Source of the DNA: an uncultured delta proteobacterium
Lineage (GTDB): Bacteria; Desulfobacterota; Binatia; Binatales; Binataceae
Length of the DNA stretch: 64,000 bases
Assembly (NCBI GenBank): GCA_963765675.1
Contig: CAVXXK010000003.1
Span: forward strand, 96,001-160,000
Direction of reading: 5' to 3'
Shown: in pieces, positions 60,020-64,000 of the stretch
How the letters are laid out: each line of letters starts with the position of its first letter
How positions within the stretch are numbered: the stretch's first letter is position 1
Program-made: the position numbers and the translations under genes
Notes under the pieces: model-generated
Told to the model about the DNA's origin: nothing
The model's input: the letters and a program-made list of their open reading frames with translations, nothing else
The model's database searches: none

Positions 60020-60961
60020 GTGCGTGCACTGGTTACCGGCGGCGCAGGTTTCCTCGGCTCTCATCTGTGCGAACGGCTGCTGAACGATGGAAACGAAGTT
60101 ATCTGTCTGGATAACTACTTCAGCGGCAAGCGCGCCAACGTCGCGCATCTGCTCGATAACCGCAACTTCGAATTGATCCGCCACGACACTGTCGAGCCGA
60201 TCCTGCTCGAAGTTGATCGCATCTTTCATCTCGCCTGCCCGGCCTCGCCCGTCCACTACCAGTACAATCCGGTCAAGACGATCAAGACCAGTGTGATGGG
60301 CACGATCAATATGCTGGGGCTGGCCAAGCGCGTGCGCGCGCGAATCCTGCTCACCTCGACCAGCGAAGTTTACGGCGACCCGGAACAGCATCCGCAGACC
60401 GAGAGCTACTGGGGACACGTCAATCCGATCGGCGTGCGCGCCTGCTACGACGAGGGCAAGCGCGTCGCCGAGGCGCTGATGATGGATTACCATCGACAGA
60501 ACAAGGTCGATATCCGCATCGTGCGCATCTTCAACACTTACGGACCGCGGATGGCGATCAACGACGGACGCGTGGTTTCGAACTTCTGCGCCGCCGCGCT
60601 GCGTGGACAGGACCTCGAGCTCTACGGCGACGGCAAGCAGACGCGATCTTTCGCCTACGTCGACGACATTATCGACGCGCTGGTGCGGATGATGAACCAG
60701 GACGCGCACATTGGACCGATCAATATCGGTAATCCCGACGAATTCACGATGATCGAGCTGGCGGCGCTCGCGATCGAGCTGACCAAAAGCTCGTCGAAGA
60801 CCAGGATCATGCCGATGCGTCCGGACGATCCCGTGCGCCGCAAACCCGACATCACGCTGGCGCGGAAGGTCCTCAAGTGGGAGCCGCGCATCGCCCTGCG
60901 CGAGGGGCTCGGCAGAACGATCGAGCACATGCGCGCCGAGCTTGGACTGGTAAAGACGTGA
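60020..60961 (+). CDS. uxs: UDP-glucuronate decarboxylase (UDP-xylose synthase)
   Basis: [54 protein letters not shown]. Confidence 0.93.
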   Translation: MRALVTGGAGFLGSHLCERLLNDGNEVICLDNYFSGKRANVAHLLDNRNFELIRHDTVEPILLEVDRIFHLACPASPVHYQYNPVKTIKTSVMGTINMLGLAKRVRARILLTSTSEVYGDPEQHPQTESYWGHVNPIGVRACYDEGKRVAEALMMDYHRQNKVDIRIVRIFNTYGPRMAINDGRVVSNFCAAALRGQDLELYGDGKQTRSFAYVDDIIDALVRMMNQDAHIGPINIGNPDEFTMIELAALAIELTKSSSKTRIMPMRPDDPVRRKPDITLARKVLKWEPRIALREGLGRTIEHMRAELGLVKT

Positions 60962-61731
60962 CCACTGCGCTCATCACCGGCGCCTCCAGCGGTCTTGGCG
61001 AGGAATTCGCGCTGCAACTCGCGCGCGAAAAACTTGATCTGGTCCTGGTCGCGCGCCGCGAAGACAAGCTCAAGTCGGTGGCGGAGCGCGCGCACGGACT
61101 CGGCGCGCCGAGGGTTTCGATTATCACTGCGGACCTCTCGCATCCCGGCGCCGCAGAAGATGTGCATCGCCGCGCCGTCGCAGAGGGCGGCGAAATCGGT
61201 TACCTGGTCAACAACGCCGGCTTTGGCACCAACGGCCGTTTCGATTCGTTGCCGCTGACCCGCGAGATCGAAGAAATCAATCTCAATATTACCTCGCTGG
61301 TAGTTCTGACGCGGATCTGCGTACCTGCGATGGTCGCGCGCCGGCAAGGAATCGTGATCAACGTCGCCTCGACGGCTGCCTTTCAGCCGGTGCCGTGGAT
61401 GGCGACCTACGGTGCGACCAAGGCGTTCGTGCTGAGCTTCTCCGAGGCTCTGGCCGAGGAACTTCGCGGCACCGGAGTGACGGTCACTGCGCTATGCCCC
61501 GGTCCGACGCGCACGGAATTCCAGAGCGTCGCGCACAACGCCGACGCGAATTTTCCCGCATTCGCTTATATGGACGCTGCGACTGTGGTCCGGCAGGCGA
61601 TCGCTGCGGCGCGCGATGGTAAAGTGATCAAGATCAACGGTACCATCAACCTGCTGATGGCCGAGACCATGCGCGTGGTTCCCCGCGCGCTGGTGCGTCG
61701 AGTCGCGGGATCGATATTCAGGCAGCGTTAG
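60958..61731 (+). CDS. Short-chain dehydrogenase/reductase (DltE-like)
   Basis: [31 protein letters not shown]; GTGA overlap with uxs. Confidence 0.92.
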   Translation: MTTALITGASSGLGEEFALQLAREKLDLVLVARREDKLKSVAERAHGLGAPRVSIITADLSHPGAAEDVHRRAVAEGGEIGYLVNNAGFGTNGRFDSLPLTREIEEINLNITSLVVLTRICVPAMVARRQGIVINVASTAAFQPVPWMATYGATKAFVLSFSEALAEELRGTGVTVTALCPGPTRTEFQSVAHNADANFPAFAYMDAATVVRQAIAAARDGKVIKINGTINLLMAETMRVVPRALVRRVAGSIFRQR

Positions 61732-61755
61732 CGCCGCTCTTTGCGCCGTCAATCA

Positions 61756-62061
61756 ATGACAATGACCGTGCGCACAATAATCGTTGAATTTTCAGTAGCC
61801 GTGACATGCGCCGCATTCGCCGGATGCTCGCCGCAGCAACCTGCCCCGCCGCCGCCCGCGCCGGTTCCCGTGGTCGCGGTGGCGCCGGTCGCGCAGCCGG
61901 TCAAAGAACAGCCCGACCCGCTGTTGCAGGACTGGAATATCTTTCCCGATCCGACCAGCGGCAAGGTCGAGGTCTATCACGACGGCGAGTATGTCGGCGC
62001 GGTGACCGGCGACGAGCCCAGCGACGAAGATCCTCCGCTGCCGCACCAGACCGCCGAGTAG
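61756..62061 (+). CDS. Hypothetical proline-rich lipoprotein
   Basis: Lipobox AFAGC, Pro-rich linker, short beta-rich acidic domain. Confidence 0.6.
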   Translation: MTMTVRTIIVEFSVAVTCAAFAGCSPQQPAPPPPAPVPVVAVAPVAQPVKEQPDPLLQDWNIFPDPTSGKVEVYHDGEYVGAVTGDEPSDEDPPLPHQTAE

Positions 62062-62072
62062 CGCGCTGCTCG

Positions 62073-63215
62073 TCAGTCGCGCAGCAGGTTGCGCGCGATC
62101 ACGACACGCTGAATCTGCGAAGTGCCCTCGTAGATTTGCAGCAGCTTGGCGTCGCGCATCAGTTTCTGGACCGGATACTCGTCCATGTATCCATAGCCGC
62201 CGAAAATCTGCACCGCGTCGGTCGTGATCTTCATGCACGCGTCGGCGCAGAACGCTTTGGCGTAGCTGGAATTGACGTTGGGCGGCGCTTTCTGATCAAC
62301 CAGCCACGCGGCTTTGTAGGTCAGCAGGCGCATCGCTTCGATCTCGATCGCCATGTCCGCCATCATGAATTGCAGCGCCTGAAAGTTCGAGATCGGCTGC
62401 CCGAACGCGCTGCGCTGGCGCGAGTACTTAAGGCATTCGTCGAGTGCACGCTGCGCGATTCCGATTCCCACCGCCGCCGTCTCGGGGCGGCTATGGTCGA
62501 ACGTCGCCATCGCGTACTTGAAGCCCTCGCCCTCGCGACCGACCAGCGCGCTTGCGCCGATGCGCAAATCTTCATAAACGATTTCTCCGGTGTCAGCTGC
62601 GCGTTGCCCGAGCTTGCCATGCATCCGGCGCCGCGTGATCCCGGGCAGATTAGCCGGAAACACGAAGCTCGAAATCCCCTTGTGCCGCAGCCGCTTGTCG
62701 CTGGTCGCAAAGGTCACGATCCAGTCGGCGACCGAGCCGTTCGAGATGAAATGCTTCGTGCCGTTGAGCACGAACTCGTCGCCCTCTCGCCGGTAGGTGG
62801 TGCTCATCGAGGCCACGTCGGAGCCGGCGCCCGGCTCGGTGATCGCAAACGCGCAAAAGCTTAGCTGCTTCATCAGGCCGCCAAGGAAGGTGCGCTTCTG
62901 CTCTTCGTTGCCGGCGATCAAGAGTGGCAGCGTCGCAAGATCGTTGGCGGTGATCGAATTGGTAATCCCGGCGCATCCGTAGCAGAGCTCTTCCGTAATG
63001 AGCGAGCTGTCGAGCACGCCGAGACCCGCGCCGCCGAGTTCTTTCGGCACTGAGTAGTTCATCAGGCCGGCAGCGAACGCTTTTTCACATACGTCGCGCG
63101 CGAAGATTTCCTTGATGTCGTACTCGCGCGCGCGTGGGATCATCTCCTGCTCCGCGAATTTTCGCGCCAGCGACTTGAGCTCTGCCTGTTCCTCGGTCAA
63201 GTCAAATCCAAACAT
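62073..63215 (-). CDS. Acyl-CoA dehydrogenase
   Basis: FDLTEEQ, AITEPGAGSD, LNGTKHFISN, KLGQRA, RSAFGQ, QIFGGYGY, RDAKLLQIYEGTSQIQR. Confidence 0.95.
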   Translation of the reverse strand: MFGFDLTEEQAELKSLARKFAEQEMIPRAREYDIKEIFARDVCEKAFAAGLMNYSVPKELGGAGLGVLDSSLITEELCYGCAGITNSITANDLATLPLLIAGNEEQKRTFLGGLMKQLSFCAFAITEPGAGSDVASMSTTYRREGDEFVLNGTKHFISNGSVADWIVTFATSDKRLRHKGISSFVFPANLPGITRRRMHGKLGQRAADTGEIVYEDLRIGASALVGREGEGFKYAMATFDHSRPETAAVGIGIAQRALDECLKYSRQRSAFGQPISNFQALQFMMADMAIEIEAMRLLTYKAAWLVDQKAPPNVNSSYAKAFCADACMKITTDAVQIFGGYGYMDEYPVQKLMRDAKLLQIYEGTSQIQRVVIARNLLRD

Positions 63216-63387
63216 CGGCGGTCTCCATGGGATGCGCGGCCGGTGAATACGGACGCACAGAAATGTGTTAGCTGGCGGCACGCGTCATTGAAAGAGGCCC
63301 GCTGCTCCTGGTGGCGGGCGATTCAAGCGACCAACAGATCCTTCGTCGAATGCTCATTCGGATTTCACTGTTGCACGTGCTTTATGC

Positions 63388-63662
63388 TGTCATTCCCGCG
63401 CGTGGCTGCCGCGCGAGGAAAACCGGATGAAAGGGCACTGCAGGTATACGTATATTCGGAGCACGGACGCCCGAGATTTCTCGCCTCTGGCTCGAAATGA
63501 CGGTCGTTGGCTGGGCTGAGGCTACGATTCTCATGCATCGAGCCCACACCCGTCATTTCGACCGAAGGGAGAAATCCCGAGGCGTTCATGCTCCGAGTCC
63601 CTGCCACATGCAGATCCCTCCCATCGGGATTCCTCGCGCGGCAGCCACGCGCGGGAATGACA
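63388..63662. mobile_element. 275-bp REPIN/MITE-like element with 33-bp perfect terminal inverted repeats
   Basis: tgtcattcccgcgcgtggctgccgcgcgaggaa and its reverse complement at the other end; interior homologous to the 58348 element. Confidence 0.8.
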
Positions 63663-63787
63663 ACCATAGAGCGTTGCCTTGAAAATCGAAGCCGCGGCGG
63701 ATATGACCCAGAGACTGATGCACGCTCTCGGGCGCGGGCAACGGCCCTCCCGTCCGGAGCAATTTAACCGGACAAGGAGAGACTCCG

Positions 63788-64000
63788 ATGGCGATTACCG
63801 TAGTTGCGAAGCTCAAAGTGAAGGCCGGCAACGAAGCCGCGTTCGAAGAGGCCGGCAAGGAAATGGTCGGGAAGGTCGGCAGCGAAGCCGGCACCAAGAC
63901 TTACATCCTGCACAAGGACGTGCGCGACCCGAGCACCTTCATCTACTACGAGGTGTACCAGGATCAGGCCGCGCTCGATTTGCACGGCAAGACCGATCAC
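63788..64000 (+). CDS. ABM / putative quinol monooxygenase (runs off window end; not in the ORF track)
   Basis: SD aggaga; MAITVVAKLKVKAGNEAAF...EAGTKTYILHKD...FIYYEVYQDQAALDLHGKT. Confidence 0.85.
   Translation, partial: MAITVVAKLKVKAGNEAAFEEAGKEMVGKVGSEAGTKTYILHKDVRDPSTFIYYEVYQDQAALDLHGKTDH

Overview
A GC-rich bacterial chromosomal segment, mostly core and metabolic genes. Gene style and content are reminiscent of Candidatus Binatota or related soil lineages (inference only). From left to right: two convergent histidine kinases; a FAD-monooxygenase / LLM-monooxygenase / epoxide-hydrolase / LuxR cluster; family III CoA-transferases; a DUF62-M50 protease-dCMP deaminase-HIT-cytochrome c run; hotdog-fold enzymes; pepP; a dedicated ECF transporter; mprF-acvB; ispF; moeA; an MltD-like lytic transglycosylase; ntrBC-like genes with thiE; arsR-arsM; a radical SAM gene; vapBC; an NAD-linked formate dehydrogenase operon (fdsG-B-A-D-fdhD); thiD; DUF6178; rlmE; uvrD/pcrA; an L,D-transpeptidase; a DegT aminotransferase, uxs and SDR; and an acyl-CoA dehydrogenase. 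I saw no rRNA, tRNA, CRISPR array or transposase. The most unusual observations are: (1) a 74-aa exported mini-protein with mirror-symmetric cysteine spacing (7-4-7-10-7-4-7), predicting a four-disulfide helical hairpin; (2) a family of nested palindromic REPIN/MITE-like elements whose two arms carry identical insertions; (3) a lipoprotein-signal DUF151 nuclease-PDZ fusion; (4) intergenic pile-ups of several REP families, one beside a decayed toxin-antitoxin pair; (5) two clear frameshifts and one possible one (DUF62, fdsB, fdhD start), which may be assembly indels. All assignments come from motif recognition by eye; no database search was run.
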